The notes beneath the pieces are model-generated. The model was not told the origin of the DNA and ran no database searches. It saw only the letters and a list, made by a program, of their open reading frames with translations. A stretch of DNA of 63,528 nt, filler included, from Octopus bimaculoides (lineage: Eukaryota): assembly GCF_001194135.2 (NCBI RefSeq). It is 7 parts of 7 records of this genome, joined end to end, with 100 filler letters (N's around TTAATTAATTAA, not from the genome) between each part and the next. Parts side by side here need not be neighbours in the genome. Positions count along the whole stretch, not along the records: positions 1 to 17,315 come from NC_068983.1; positions 17,416 to 49,212 come from NC_068982.1; 5 more parts are not named here. One strand, given 5' to 3'. Below are positions 14,501 through 27,265 of the stretch, in pieces; positions within the stretch are counted from its first letter, which is position 1; the number at the start of each line of letters is the position of its first letter. The position numbers were made by a program, and so were the translations under genes.

Positions 14501-16029
14501 ACTTCCATTCATGTTGTCGATATGCTAAATGCACAGAAAACTAACACATGTGCTGGAAATCTGTACGTTAGGCCACTCACCCTGAAACTCTCGTATCACT
14601 ATCTGAAAACCAAATCCCTCACGACCCCAGACTCGGCTCCCATTATCATCAATATAATATTGATCATAGTAATATAAATTTCAGCAACAACCATGCGAAC
14701 GCCAATAACTCTAAGGAGCTTGAAATATTACGCAATGATAACGTTGGTTCGCGTAGTCCTTAATAATAAATTTCAAGTATTAGAAAATATTGGATGCAAT
14801 TGTTTAGACAAAATATCTTATCTGCTTCTTGCTAGATGTCTAGCAGTAAATGTGGTTTACAAATGTGATGTTGTAACAGAGACCAATACATATACTAATA
14901 TCGGCTGTTCATTAAATCTCAAGTGGCCCTTACGTAAACGCTATCCTTCCGTTAAATTAGGACATAAGGCTGGCATGAAGTCTCTAGCCACGAAGCACTC
15001 GGAGGTCAAGGACGTTAATGTTAAATTGGATTGAAGTTAGAACATCAATAGGGTAGCTGAAACGTACTTCAACAGCAGATACGGCTGTAGGCTTTACTGC
15101 ATGAAGCTGTTTGAAATTTTAAAGAGATCAAATAGTGAAAATCTAATAATAAACTAGACTTTCATTTTCCTGTATTCATAGGGCTACCAGCACGTTTAAA
15201 TATTGTAAGGACATAAAACAGCCTCTATAATAGCTCCTAACTTAAGGCCAATCTGATTTATTCCCTGTATTGCTGACTCGATCGATCTACCTATTTGTTT
15301 TTGAGTCCTTCTCTCGTTTCTCTTTACCATTACTTTCTAACCGCTCTTACTACACTTGCATGGTATGCTAAATTGAAGGAACTAACTAATCTATTTGTGG
15401 TGTAGTCGGTATTAGGCAATAGCGATAGCAGTCATATCGAACGAAGATCTAGAAGCTTGCGCACCCTAGATAGTTCTCTTCCAATTCTTCTAAGTATGTA
15501 ATACTTACACTATGATACAGTTATATGAGCTGCGCTTGTTAAATAAGATATCGAACACACTATCCAAACCTTAGCTGCCACTATTGTCTGCAGTTGCTTT
15601 ACCTGATTCACACAAAGGTGATTTTACTATCTAATTAAATAGTATCGCCGCTACCTGTATAACATTTCATAGTGTTAATCATTACAATATTTCCTACTGC
15701 TGGCTTTCTTTGGTATCCGATCTGGCGTTTCCTCTAGCTCCGTACTAGGTGTAGCTAATTAGATAATCCCCCTTTCTTTAAAGACCTTAATGATAAGTAG
15801 TACTCTGTTTTTATTTTTACTAACACTAATTCCATAAAAGATTTTATTATTTGATTGCCTTCACACCCTCCTCCAACTGCTAACCAACATCCACAGAATA
15901 GCCCTAAGTTCTACGTTTCTCTGCCCCTTGCCTTTGCCTTTAGCATTAGTTAGCGAATCCTAAACCTTGACCCCGACCAATTGGCTTACTCTTTTAGTCT
16001 TTTACTTGTTGCATTCATTTGACAGTGGC

Positions 16030-16165
16030 CATGCTGGAGCACCGTCTTGAGTCCAGCAAATCGACTCCAGGACTGATTCTTTGTAAGCCTAGTACTTATT
16101 TGATCGATCTCGTTTGCCGAACCGCTAATTTACGGGGACGTAAATCCACCAGTCGGTTGTCAGTC
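16030..16165 (-). mobile_element. SINE family A, 3' fragment
   Basis: Reverse complement of the family A tail (ggccatgctggagcaccg...gccgaaccgctaatttacggggacgtaaa). Confidence 0.85.
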
Positions 16166-16823
16166 ATGAAAGAGTAGTGTTTGTAGTGAGGTCAATACAC
16201 TTCAGCATATTAGCATTGTATATAGGCTAGATATTTTCAAACCATTGTGTTGAATTTTAATATGGGCTTTCTATAGGCGTGATTAGTCTAAGACTGTAAA
16301 GTTATTGCTATCTAGCAATGTAAGGAAATTCTATTATAAAATAAAGGGATATTAGTGGTAATCATATTTAAGAAGCCAGAAATGCTCTTAGACAGAATAT
16401 AAATACTGATAGGTTGTAAGATATTGTTACAAATAGGATGATGTCAAGTTGAAGATGCTGATAATTAAATGTAAATTCAGAATAACCTGATTAGACGGGT
16501 TTTAAATTTTAAACAAATAAAAAAGAGATTAAAATTTGAACTAATCTTGAAATGTCTAAATTTAGCCGTAATGCAAACTAAGAAAGAAAAAAACAATGAA
16601 AATAATTAGCGGAATAATGTATGATACCAGAACAATATATATGATGGTGACAACATCAACGTCAACAAATTCAGTATCAATAACATTAATAACATAACAA
16701 TAAAATAATATTACAAAGCAATAAAAATAACAATGATAATCATAGGATGGTAATACAATAACAATAAGAGTGAAAGCATCGCAATAATACGTGAATGAAA
16801 CTAAAAAAAATCGAAAATTAATA

Positions 16824-17034
16824 GGCGCAGGAGCGGCTGTGTGGTAAGTAGCTTGCTTACCAACCACATGGTTCCGAGTTCAGTCCGACTACGTAGCACT
16901 TTGGGCAAATGTCTTCTACTATAGCCTCGGGCCGACCACAGCCTTGTGAATGGATTTGGTAGACGGAAACTGAAAGAAGCCCTTCGTTTGTATGTATATG
17001 TATATGTATATGTATATATATATATATATGTGTG

Positions 17035-17073
<39 letters not shown>

Positions 17074-17260
17074 TTGTGTATCTGTGTTTGTCCCTTCTAA
17101 TATCGCTTGACAACCGATGCTGGGGTGTCTGCGTCCCCGTAACGTAGCGGTTCGGCAAAAGAGACCGATCGAATAAGTACTAGGCTTCAATTTGCTCGAC
17201 TAAAGGTGGTGCTCCAGCATGGCCGCGGTCAAATGACTGAAACAAGTAAAAGAGTAAAAG
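16824..17260 (+). mobile_element. tRNA-derived SINE (family A), near full length
   Basis: Complete head, body, central microsatellite and tail ending in aagtaaaagagtaaaag. Confidence 0.92.
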
Positions 17261-17495
17261 TTAAAAATTTAAGTATTAAAAAGACTGCAATTTTAAAAGA
17301 AAAAAAATCATCCTTNNNNNNNNNNNNNNNNNNNNNNNNNNNNNNNNNNNNNNNNNNNNTTAATTAATTAANNNNNNNNNNNNNNNNNNNNNNNNNNNNN
17401 NNNNNNNNNNNNNNNATATATATGTCTGTATGTATATACACGTTTATGAATTTGTTTTGTGAGATTCCTGATGTAAAATCCTGTGTAAAAAAACA

Positions 17496-17912
17496 TTGTT
17501 ATATTTCGGGATGGTCATTTTCTTCTCTTGCCAAACATACACACGCACTATATATTTGTTTTTCACTCGTTTATTATTGTTCTTATTTTTTATCATATGT
17601 CTATTATCTGAAAATCATTCGTCACACATCTGTGACCTCTTCAGCGACTCTTCTATACCGCGTGTATCTTCCTGTTCTGTTTAGTCCATTCTGTCTTTCT
17701 ATGATGTCATAGAAAGACAAAATGGATTAAACAGAACAGGGGATATACGTGAGGTAGAAGAGTCCCTGATGGGTTCATAGATGTGTGACGAAAGATTTCC
17801 AGATGATGGAATAAGATAAAATAAGAACAATAATAAACGAGTGAAAGACAAATATATAGTGCGTGTGTTTATTTGGAAAGAGGGAAAAAATGGCCATCCC
17901 GAAATATAACAA
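17496..17912. repeat. Long inverted repeat with arms of about 205-210 bp and a 2-nt spacer
   Basis: 17496-17704 is the reverse complement of 17707-17912, centred on tctttctatga-tg-tcatagaaaga. Arms are roughly 80-85% identical by eye. Confidence 0.92.
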
Positions 17913-19749
17913 CAGCAACAACAACAACAACAACAACAGCAGCAGCAACACTGCCACGACGACGACGACCACCACCACCACCGCCGCTGCCACCACCACC
18001 GCCGCCACCACCACCACCACCACCACNNNNNNNNNNNNNNNNNNNNNNNNNNNNNNNNNNNNNNNNNNNNNNNNNNNNNNNNNNNNNNNNNNNNNNNNNN
18101 NNNNNNNNNNNNNNNNNNNNNNNNNNNNNNNNNNNNNNNNNNNNNNNNNNNNNNNNNNNNNNNNNNNNNNNNNNNNNNNNNNNNNNNNNNNNNNNNNNNA
18201 CACACAACGTTAAAAAAGTTTTGCCAAGTCTTATAAAGTACGACTCATAACAATCTAGGCTCCGAAATTGTTATCGTCAATGAACCTCTCCCTGGATCAA
18301 CTTCCTGCTGCCTCTCACTATTTCAAAGTCGACAGATAGTTCCTCGGCCTCCATTTGGTTCACAACAGCTGCCACACTCTCTCCACCTGCCACTGAAGCG
18401 CAGCTCCTGCCATGTGCTTGCAACACTTTCACTGCTCACTGCTAATCCCCCCCCCCCCACTGGGGGAGAAAACAAAACAAAAGCGAACAATGCAACAAAG
18501 GTTCAACAACTCTACCTATAGGTAACTCCACTAGGGAGGACCTCCAACATAGGACATCCCATCCACAATGATAATCATTCAACACCCTCGGCTTTACATA
18601 GCTCACCGACTCTCTCCCCTACACGCTTTGCACATTTCCATTTATATAGTGGTACAGTCCATTAGGAGCCAACCAAATAGAAGTATTCTACTTCCACACA
18701 ATACTACTGAAAAGACAAGATAATTTCAACAGGAATCTCTTAGGCTGACTTCAGGCCAAACGTCAAAACATCTTGATCTACAATGTAGAATATTTTATAT
18801 TTATCATTATGTTATGACTTGGATACAAGTCAAGAATTATTGGGGAAGAGAATAATCAATTAAATAAATCCTTTCAATATATAACTGGTATTTATTTATT
18901 TCAGAAGAAAGGAATAATCTAATAAATCCACTGAAGTATATTGCTGTCATTTATTTTATCGAGCTCGGAAGGATGAAAGGCAAGGCTGATAGTGACGGGA
19001 TTTTAAATCAGGTAGCAATGAAATTCTTGCATAAGTACGCAAGTGTGCTGCCAGCGATATTTTACAAATCGTTTCGGATGGAGTAGATTACGATTATATC
19101 GAAATTCAATGTGAAAAAAAAAAAAACTTAGGGAACGGATGGATATTTCATGCATCTCCACTTTGTTTCCTTATAAGTTTTAATCATGTACGTTGAAAAA
19201 CATTACTTTTGAAAACTGTTCAATCCTTTTACTTCTGGAATTTGTGGAATGAATATTTTTTAATAAAATGAAAATTTCCAGAGATACCGGCATAATTTGA
19301 AAAATAAAATTATCAGAGGTAAATTTGCTGGTTTGACTGTTTGGTATGCTATAAGTCTGGAAAATTAAATTTTTCAAAGTGCATTAATTTAATAAATTCC
19401 TGAACAAAACGAGTATAATTTTTTCATCATAATTGCAATCTCCATCAATAAGTATGAGGAAACAAAATCAGGGCATGTGAATTGTCTTAGACTCCTCTCA
19501 ACACGTTTTGAAAACATTTTAACAAATTCCGATGTAATCGTTATCTACATCGTCTAAAAAGTATATGTAGAAAATTTTATTAAAAAATATATCCCTTTTT
19601 CAGAAAGTCATGAGGGAACAATGTTTTTTGCTGTTGGTGTGGGCTATACTTGTGTAGTTATGCCGAGTTTCTAAATAAATCCCACTAGTTATTCTAAACT
19701 TCTGCCATTCCACCTTCTAATTATGATTATAAAAACATTGATTTCAAAT

Positions 19750-19955
19750 ATTAGCACAAGGCCAGCTATTTTTAGGGAAGCGGGTAAATCGGCTACATCG
19801 ACCCCAGTGCTCAACTGGTACTTATTTTATCGACCCGAAAAAATGAAAGGCAAAGTCAACCTCAGCAGAATTTGAACACAGAACGTGCACACGGACGAAA
19901 TGCCGCTTAGCATTTCGCCCGGCGTACTAACGATTCTGCCAGCTCACCACCTTAA
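19750..19955 (-). mobile_element. tRNA-derived SINE (family B)
   Basis: Homologous to the plus-strand copy at 25460-25670 and to 30500-30935. Confidence 0.85.
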
Positions 19956-20013
19956 TTTGATTATAGATATTGTGAAGATTCTCTATTGATTACATATGAT
20001 AAGAATCATTTAC

Positions 20014-20199
20014 CTCATAATAGGCAATAAAACCGTCTGTCTTTGTGAACATTCCCGCAACGCCAGGACCTGAGATTGGGGCTCCAACCCCGTGGATGTT
20101 AGGGCTCGCTAAAGTAAATGTCCGGCCATATACTGGAATTCCAATATTCATTTTATGTGCAGGGGCACCTTTTGATAGCCAATACTCAGCTGCATCCTC
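20014..20199 (-). CDS. GH18 chitinase, coding exon 6 ([30 protein letters not shown]...GFIAYYE)
   Basis: Acceptor tttcag, donor GAG|gtaaat, 186 nt, phase 0-0. Conserved G.P.YGR.FTL and AYYE motifs. Confidence 0.95.
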
Positions 20200-21817
20200 C
20201 TGAAATTATTTGAATGCATTAAAATATTAAAGTCAATTTTGAAAAAATATTTTTGTTATAAATAATTAAAATACATTTTCATTATAATATATTAAAATAA
20301 ATGCTTTTATCAAGACATTATTACTTAATACAAGATTTGTTAAAATAAACATATAACGTGTATATAATAACAAACATCACGATATATTCGAAGTTTTCAA
20401 GCGGTTCGTTTCAAGTTGAAGATAGAAGCACCATAGATGCTTTAAAAAAAGGTGTTACAAAATCCATATCAATGTTTGAATATTTCTAAAGCTCGTTATT
20501 CATAATTTTTTGATACGCAAATATAATTAATAAAACAAGGTAACCATTAGTTTTCCATATATAATTTTGGAGATTTTTAACTTTAAAGTTCTTTTAAAAA
20601 CTTTCGTTACTATAGGTATCAATATCTTTTACTTTTTGTAGCAAGTGCAGCAGCGATTATTTATTTTCTTCATTGTTCCATGAGGCTGAAAATATTGAGA
20701 ACCACTGCGATATGTCTTTATAACTTTCGTTACGATGAATGATGCCTCTCATATGCAATATTTTCTTCATATTGCGAGGAAGAAAATAATAGACTCAGTT
20801 TTAAGCTTAATACTGCATATGAAAATTGCAGAGTGATTCAATTAAAAATTCTAAATATATATGTATGAAGAACATCTCGATATACATACATGATGATGAT
20901 TGCTTCATCTTGAGAGATGATAACCATCCCATCAACACACACACATCACACCCCATCACACAGTACAACCACTCCATTGACGTTAAAGACCAGCTGCTGA
21001 GTGACAGGGTTTAAAACACAAATGACAGATATTCAAGTTTCTTCTATATCTTTGCCCTTTGGAATCTGATTCTGAAGGAATGTTTTTGTGAACTAGCATA
21101 CATACATACATACATACATACATACATACATGCATACATACATGTGTGTGTGTACACGCACACACATACACTTATATATAGCCAACCGACAGACCTATGT
21201 CTGTCTGTAGATTGGTGTATGGTTGCTTTGTTAGTCTACGAGATCTTTTATGATGTATGTTTTTTACATCAGAAACTTTTTCTATTGCTTTTTCATACAC
21301 TGGATGTATTCTTATACATTCTCGTAAAACCCGTTTGGTCACCTAAGACCGAAACAGTAATTTTTCTTAATAAAGAAACTCCATAAGAAGATATTGGACG
21401 TGAGAGCTGGCAACAAATGTTGGAAATTTTCTTCTCAAACCCAGGAGTCATAAGACCAGTTACTCGGTTTCTATGGCATGTATATGACCGAAATTAAAAC
21501 ATTTCCCACGAAAGGAGCGGTGATCAGTTGTAGAGTTCAAGACCAGTAATTTTGAGAAGTTAGTCCATTACATTGACCCTCCATACTTCACTTGTATTTT
21601 ATTTTGGGGACGAAAGTTAAAGTTGACTTCGGCGGAATGGAATTCAGAACGCCAAAAACCGAAAAAAAAAAAAAAAAAAAATGCCGCTGGATATTTTGTC
21701 CGACGCTCTACGATTCTCCGTCTTTGTTGGAAGTTGCCAACAGCTATTTTTCCATTATTATTAGAAACGACACAAATATATAAAAGCGGAAGAGAACTGT
21801 ATTCACAGAAATCGTAC

Positions 21818-21941
21818 CAAATTCCAAAATATATACTCTCCAGTTTCATCTCCTCTTCTCACCAATGGACTGTTATGCCCTGTATTTTTTTCCCAAGCAC
21901 CATGAAAGTCGTATGTCATTAAATTGATGAAATCTAAGTAT
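21818..21941 (-). CDS. GH18 chitinase, coding exon 5 ([26 protein letters not shown]...WNL)
   Basis: Acceptor ttttccag, donor TTG|gtacga, 124 nt, phase 2-0. Canonical MTYDxHG motif. Confidence 0.96.
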
Positions 21942-22061
21942 CTGGAAAAGAATTAATGAAATGAAATTCAAAATCAGTGGATTTGAAAATAAATTGTTTT
22001 CTGTTTGGTTTGACACACAATCGTGATTATTAGGGGTCTTTTTATGAGTAAAGGAGAGACA

Positions 22062-22425
22062 ACATGGCTGTGTGGCTAAGAAGCTTGCTTCCTAACCACG
22101 TGGTCTTGAGTTCAGTCCCATTGCATGGTACCTTAAGTAAGTGTCTTCTGCTATAGTACCGGACTGACAAATGCGTTACTAGTGGATTCGGTAGACGGAA
22201 ACTGAAATAAACCCGCTGTGTATATATATATATTTTTTGGTGTATGTTTTGGTATTTGTTCTCCACCACCAATTGGCAACCGATCTTGGTTTGTTTACGT
22301 TCTCGTGACTTAGCAGCTCGGCAAAAGAAATGAATAACATTAGCACTGGGATGGATTTGTCTGGCTAAGCCCTTTATGGCAGTGCCTTAACAGGACTGCA
22401 GGCTAATGTCTGAAATAAGTAAAAG
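22062..22425 (+). mobile_element. tRNA-derived SINE (family A), diverged
   Basis: Head ggctgtgtggctaagaagcttgc, with body and tail alignable to 16824-17260. Confidence 0.85.
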
Positions 22426-23053
22426 ATGGGAAAAATGCTATAGTATATTGATTTGAATTTTATCTCCCCGAATTTTTTCGATCTTCAGGGCGATAACGGA
22501 TGTCGTCGTTCCTCCGAGATTTGAACTAAGCATGTTGATTATCAGAAATTACTACACATAAGGGATATTCTGTGTGGTCATTCGACTTGTTAGAAATAGC
22601 AGACAACACTGCCTCGAATCACACCTTATAATCTTAAGTAAAAGAAACATGGGATAAAGTGGTCGCTAAAAGAAGGGATGGTTGTGACGGGACAAGCCTT
22701 AATCAACTGCTTAATCAATCATAGCTGATCTAGAGCTAAACAGCAAAAGCAATAACCATACTAACAGCTATAGCATTGCAACGACAATAACAAATTATCA
22801 AAGTCAGATTTCTGTTGCCTCCAACAATTTCCAAAAGACAACAAAAGAATGTCTAAATGGTCGCCAAATTGCCCTCACATTACACGGTATAGTCTATATT
22901 TAAAAAAGAAAGGGTGGATACATTAATTATGCAATTCCGGGCGAACTATAGTGAAAAGAAAATAAAAAGCTGGAAAGTTGTCGTTACTGTTAATCATAGG
23001 TTTACTCAGTCAGAGCTGCTTTGGCTACAAACAACAGCAGCAAGTAGTAGGTT

Positions 23054-23088
<35 letters not shown>

Positions 23089-23926
23089 CCACCACCACCA
23101 CCACCACCACCACCNNNNNNNNNNNNNNNNNNNNNNNNNNNNNNNNNNNNNNNNNNNNNNNNNNNNNNNNNNNNNNNNNNNNNNNNNNNNNNNNNNNNNN
23201 NNNNNNNNNNNNNNNNNNNNNNNNNNNNNNNNNNNNNNNNNNNNNNNNNNNNNNNNNNNNNNNNNNNNNNNNNNNNNNNNNNNNNNNNNNNNNNNNNNNN
23301 NNNNNNNNNNNNNNNNNNNNNNNNNNNNNNNNNNNNNNNNNNNNNNNNNNNNNNNNNNNNNNNNNNNNNNNNNNNNNNNNNNNNNNNNNNNNNNNNNNNN
23401 NNNNNNNNNNNNNNNNNNNNNNNNNNNNNNNNNNNNNNNNNNNNNNNNNNNNNNNNNNNNNNNNNNNNNNNNNNNNNNNNNNNNNNNNNNNNNNNNNNNN
23501 NNNNNNNNNNNNNNNNNNNNNNNNNNNNNNNNNNNNNNNNNNNNNNNNNNNNNNNNNNNNNNNNNNNNNNNNNNNNNNNNNNNNNNNNNNNNNNNNNNNN
23601 NNNNNNNNNNNNNNNNNNNNNNNNNNNNNNNNNNNNNNNNNNNNNNNNNNNNNNNNNNNNNNNNNNNNNNNNNNNNNNNNNNNNNNNNNNNNNNNNNNNN
23701 NNNNNNNNNNNNNNNNNNNNNNNNNNNNNNNNNNNNNNNNNNNNNNNNNNNNNNNNNNNNNNNNNNNNNNNNNNNNNNNNNNNNNNNNNNNNNNNNNNNN
23801 NNNNNNNNNNNNNNNNNNNNNNNNNNNNNNNNNNNNNNNNNNNNNNNNNNNNNNNNNNNNNNNNNNNNNNNNNNNNNNNNNNNNNNNNNNNNNNNNNNNN
23901 NNNNNNNNNNNNNNNNNNNNNNNNNN

Positions 23927-23963
<37 letters not shown>

Positions 23964-24006
23964 AATACTCTAAAGGAAAATGATGAAAGTGAAGGCAGTA
24001 ACTTAC

Positions 24007-24131
24007 GATGAAATGGTGCTGATTTCATAGCCAGCATCGATTTTTGACCTTCCAGCTGCCACAGCAGCAGCCAAACCAAGTTGAGGTTTCTGTGATACGA
24101 ATGCTTCGCTAGTTACAGCTTGTTTTAGTTC
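24007..24131 (-). CDS. GH18 chitinase, coding exon 4 (ELKQAVTSEAFVSQKPQLGLAAAVAAGRSKIDAGYEISTIS)
   Basis: Acceptor actttacag, donor TC|gtaagt, 125 nt, phase 0-2. AAVAAG...ID.GY motif of animal chitinases. Confidence 0.95.
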
Positions 24132-24402
24132 CTGTAAAGTGAACAAAACAAGAGGTTTTATTAATTATTGATGTGTAACCCTAAAGAATTGTATTCATTA
24201 ATTCGAAAAATATGTGTATAGGCACAGGGTTTAGTATTTTCTAGATCGGGAAATTGGATAACTGAATTGAAGGAAAACTTTGTATGAATAATTATACAGA
24301 GAATTATAGAGAAATTTTACAGAGATGCACTTTTAGGATATAAGAGTTTTGTAAATTGTTTAGTACGAGATCTGGTTTGATTTCTTTTATTGGTTTAATC
24401 AG

Positions 24403-24576
24403 AAGAGAAATGGTAGCATCCACGACCTTTTGTCAGAGCTTCAGAGATTGCGAGAGGAAGGTGGAAAAAACTTTGGCCCGTGGGTTGCTGTTGTAGAAAA
24501 CATCACATCAAGATATCGAGTTATCCTCAGATCAGTGATCTGGTCAGAATACTTGCAACAGAGTGAATTCTGTAAT
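24403..24576 (+). CDS. Candidate orphan exon antisense to the chitinase intron (KRNGSIHDLLSELQRLREEGGKNFGPWVAVVENITSRYRVILRSVIWSEYLQQSEFCN)
   Basis: Pyrimidine-rich acceptor tttcttttattggtttaatcag, donor AAT|gtatgt, 174 nt open, phase 0-0, GC higher than the flanks. Product not recognised. Confidence 0.35.
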
Positions 24577-25279
24577 GTATGTATTAGTAAAGTTCACAAA
24601 TTCTTGTCTGTCATCTGTAATATCCCTCTGTCTAAAAAAATAGTCTTGCAACTAATGGGGAAAAATAAAAAAGAACAAGTCTTCTTATTGGATCATTAGA
24701 TGTTTCTAGTTAATTAAAATATATATTTCTCATGTCAATTCTTGATAGAGTTCTCTTTAAATATAAAATGGTTTTTATATATTTCTTCCGTGTTTTCGTC
24801 TAAATACCATTTCTAAATGTCATGTTAGTGTGATATTCGAAGATGGAAAATATTCTAATAAATATAATTAACATTTTCTATCTGGAGTCTCCATATTTAA
24901 ATATACTAGAAGATATCATAAAAGATGTTTAAGTTGTTTTACTAACTCTACGTGTGTACCAAATTGGGACTTGATTTCTTTTAAACTAATTGTAACTTAA
25001 TGTCAGTAGTAATTTAACGTTCATACAGCTGTCGGACAAATGAATTTAGTTGCTTCTCTTTATGTTCTGAGTGGAAATCTCTGAGGTAAATAAAATAATT
25101 CAAAGATTTGCTGGGATAGATTTAATGAAGTTAACGCCTTCTCAAAATGCATAACGTCATGTGATGGCTGGAAACCAATTTCATTATTTGTTTCTTATGA
25201 TTCAGCCAATATATAGCTAGGATAATTAACATGTACTGATGGGCTGAGACATGTATGAATGATTGTTGGCCCATCTGCA

Positions 25280-25288
25280 GGTTGATGT

Positions 25289-25330
<42 letters not shown>

Positions 25331-25450
25331 GCACACACACACACACACACACATGTATGCACACACGCACGCACGCACGCACGTGCACGCACACACGTGC
25401 ACGCACACACGTGCACGCACACACGTGCACGCACATACATGCACACATAC
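25280..25450. repeat. (CA)n/(GCAC)n microsatellite containing a 14-bp unit repeated four times
   Basis: CACGTG at 25380, 25394, 25408 and 25422. Confidence 0.9.
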
Positions 25451-25459
25451 AACAGAAAC

Positions 25460-25670
25460 GTTAGCAAATCGGGCGAAATGCTAAGCTGTATTTCGTCTGC
25501 CGTTACGTTCTGAGTTCAAATTCCGCCGAGGTCGACTTTACCTTTCATCCCTTCGAGGTCGATAAATTAAGTACCAGTTAAGCACTGGGTCGATGTAATC
25601 GACTTAATCCCTTTGTCTTTCCTTGTTTGTCCCCTCTATGTTTAGCCCCTTGTGGGCAATAAAGAAATAG
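25460..25670 (+). mobile_element. tRNA-derived SINE (family B)
   Basis: B-box GAGTTCAAATTCC, conserved body gtcgactttacctttcatccc...aagtaccagtt and tail ccccttgtgggcaataaagaaata. Confidence 0.88.
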
Positions 25671-26904
25671 CACACATACAACACAAATATGAAACGGAGA
25701 AAACACTGGGCTGTACGGGATAAGGTTGAAAGAAGGAAAATGCTGAGTTGAGATAGGTATATCAAGTAGGTAGCATGTTAATGCTAGCATGATATTTCAG
25801 AGCATATATGAATAGGAGCGGGGGTATATAAAGAGTGTATCGGTGAATTTGAGGTAGTAGTGAAGGCTCTACGTTTTTCACTGGAGATTCTTGTTACCCA
25901 TCCCAGACAAGTCTCGTACAATAGGAATGTGGTACTCTGGATCTCATGCCAGCATCCATAGCTGAAAAATATTTCTCATTCAATGATTTTACGTTTAATA
26001 GAAGACCATAAATCATTTACTAATATAAATAAAGAGATAATCATATTTAGAAATGAAGACAACTTATAAGTGAAAAAATAAAACCAACTGAATTGATATC
26101 CATACTTTACTAGGACTTTTTATCAACGGACACTGAGAAATTATATAAGCTGAGAAAACAAAAGATTGATTTGAATGCATAACCTAACAACCATATCGAA
26201 ATGTCAAGAGGTATTTTTAAATCCGATATTGTATTGTTTCTACCATACTTCTACTCTTTTCTTTCAAATTGAACGCTCGTTTATCAACATTCTGTCAATT
26301 GTAGCCAGGGAACGTTAGTAAATACCTAATAGCAGCTTACAATAGTGATTTATACTGATTTATGATAACTATTTAGGAATTGTGGATATTTGACATTAAG
26401 TATCTTAATTTCAGTGATATTCAGTGAAGCGTCAGTAACAGGACAGAAAAAAAAAAAAAAAAAGAAAGAGAAAACTAACGTGAAATATCGTTTGATAGAA
26501 TTCAGTGAAGAGTCAGTAACATGATAAGCTAAAAAAGACAAAAAAAAAAAGGAAAAGAAGGAAAGAGGGAAAAAGCAAAACCTGAACTATTCGTTTGATA
26601 AAAGATCCTGCCAACGACAGCTATTTTATTACATCGGTGAAAATATGTTTCCATACCAAAAACACGATTTAATCAAACGTAAGGAGAAAATTCATTGTAT
26701 AGTCTCCCCACTACCACAACATAATATATCTAAAATAGTTGTATTCTAGACAGAGTACTGGAAAATTTATTGATTTCGGGATTTTTGAAGTGATTTCTAA
26801 CTTTCTAATCCAGGTATGGAGGACATCAATTTGTCACTGCAAGATAACAGAACAATTGACAATTGTAGAGTGCTTCTGTCGCTTGCAATAATAAACGCTA
26901 CGCA

Positions 26905-27055
26905 CAGCTGTGTGGTAAGAAGTTTGCTTCCCAACCACATGGTCCCAGGTTCATTCCCACTGTGTGGCATCTTAGACAAGTGTCTTCAATTATATCGTCA
27001 GGTCCACCAAAGCATGGTGAATGGATTTGGTCGATGGAAATTGAAAGAAGCTCCT
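26905..27055 (+). mobile_element. SINE family A, 5' half
   Basis: ctgtgtggtaagaagtttgcttcccaaccacatggtcccaggttc head. Confidence 0.85.
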
Positions 27056-27129
27056 TCCCTCCCACTCTCTCACCACCTCCACCTTCTTCAAACCTATAGA
27101 TTCCCATCTCTACCTCAACTTTTCCTCCT

Positions 27130-27265
27130 CCCATCCCCCCACACCAAATGGGCCATCCCCTACTCTCAGTTCTTCCGCCTCCGACGCTTGTGCAGCCGGG
27201 ACCAGGATTTCGAGACCCAGTCCCAGTACTTTGCCCGCCTGTTCATGCATCGGGGAAACCCCTCA
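27130..27265 (+). mobile_element. Penelope-like RT C-terminal fragment
   Basis: TKWAIPYSQFFRLRRLCSRDQDF...FMHRGNP matches the PLE motif IPYSQ.LRLRRICS...F..RGYP. Confidence 0.8.

Noticed and set aside
17360-17371. TTAATTAATTAA between N runs, also at 49257, 53428, 57121, 58259 and 62381
   Set aside because: An identical 12-mer with stops in all six frames, always embedded in Ns. It is an assembly linker, not biology, and adjacency across these points is uncertain.
26421-26600. Small local tandem duplications (about 80 bp here; also 1778-1832, 11771-11815, 35121-35160 and 56557-56586)
   Set aside because: Ordinary slippage duplications with no sign of function.
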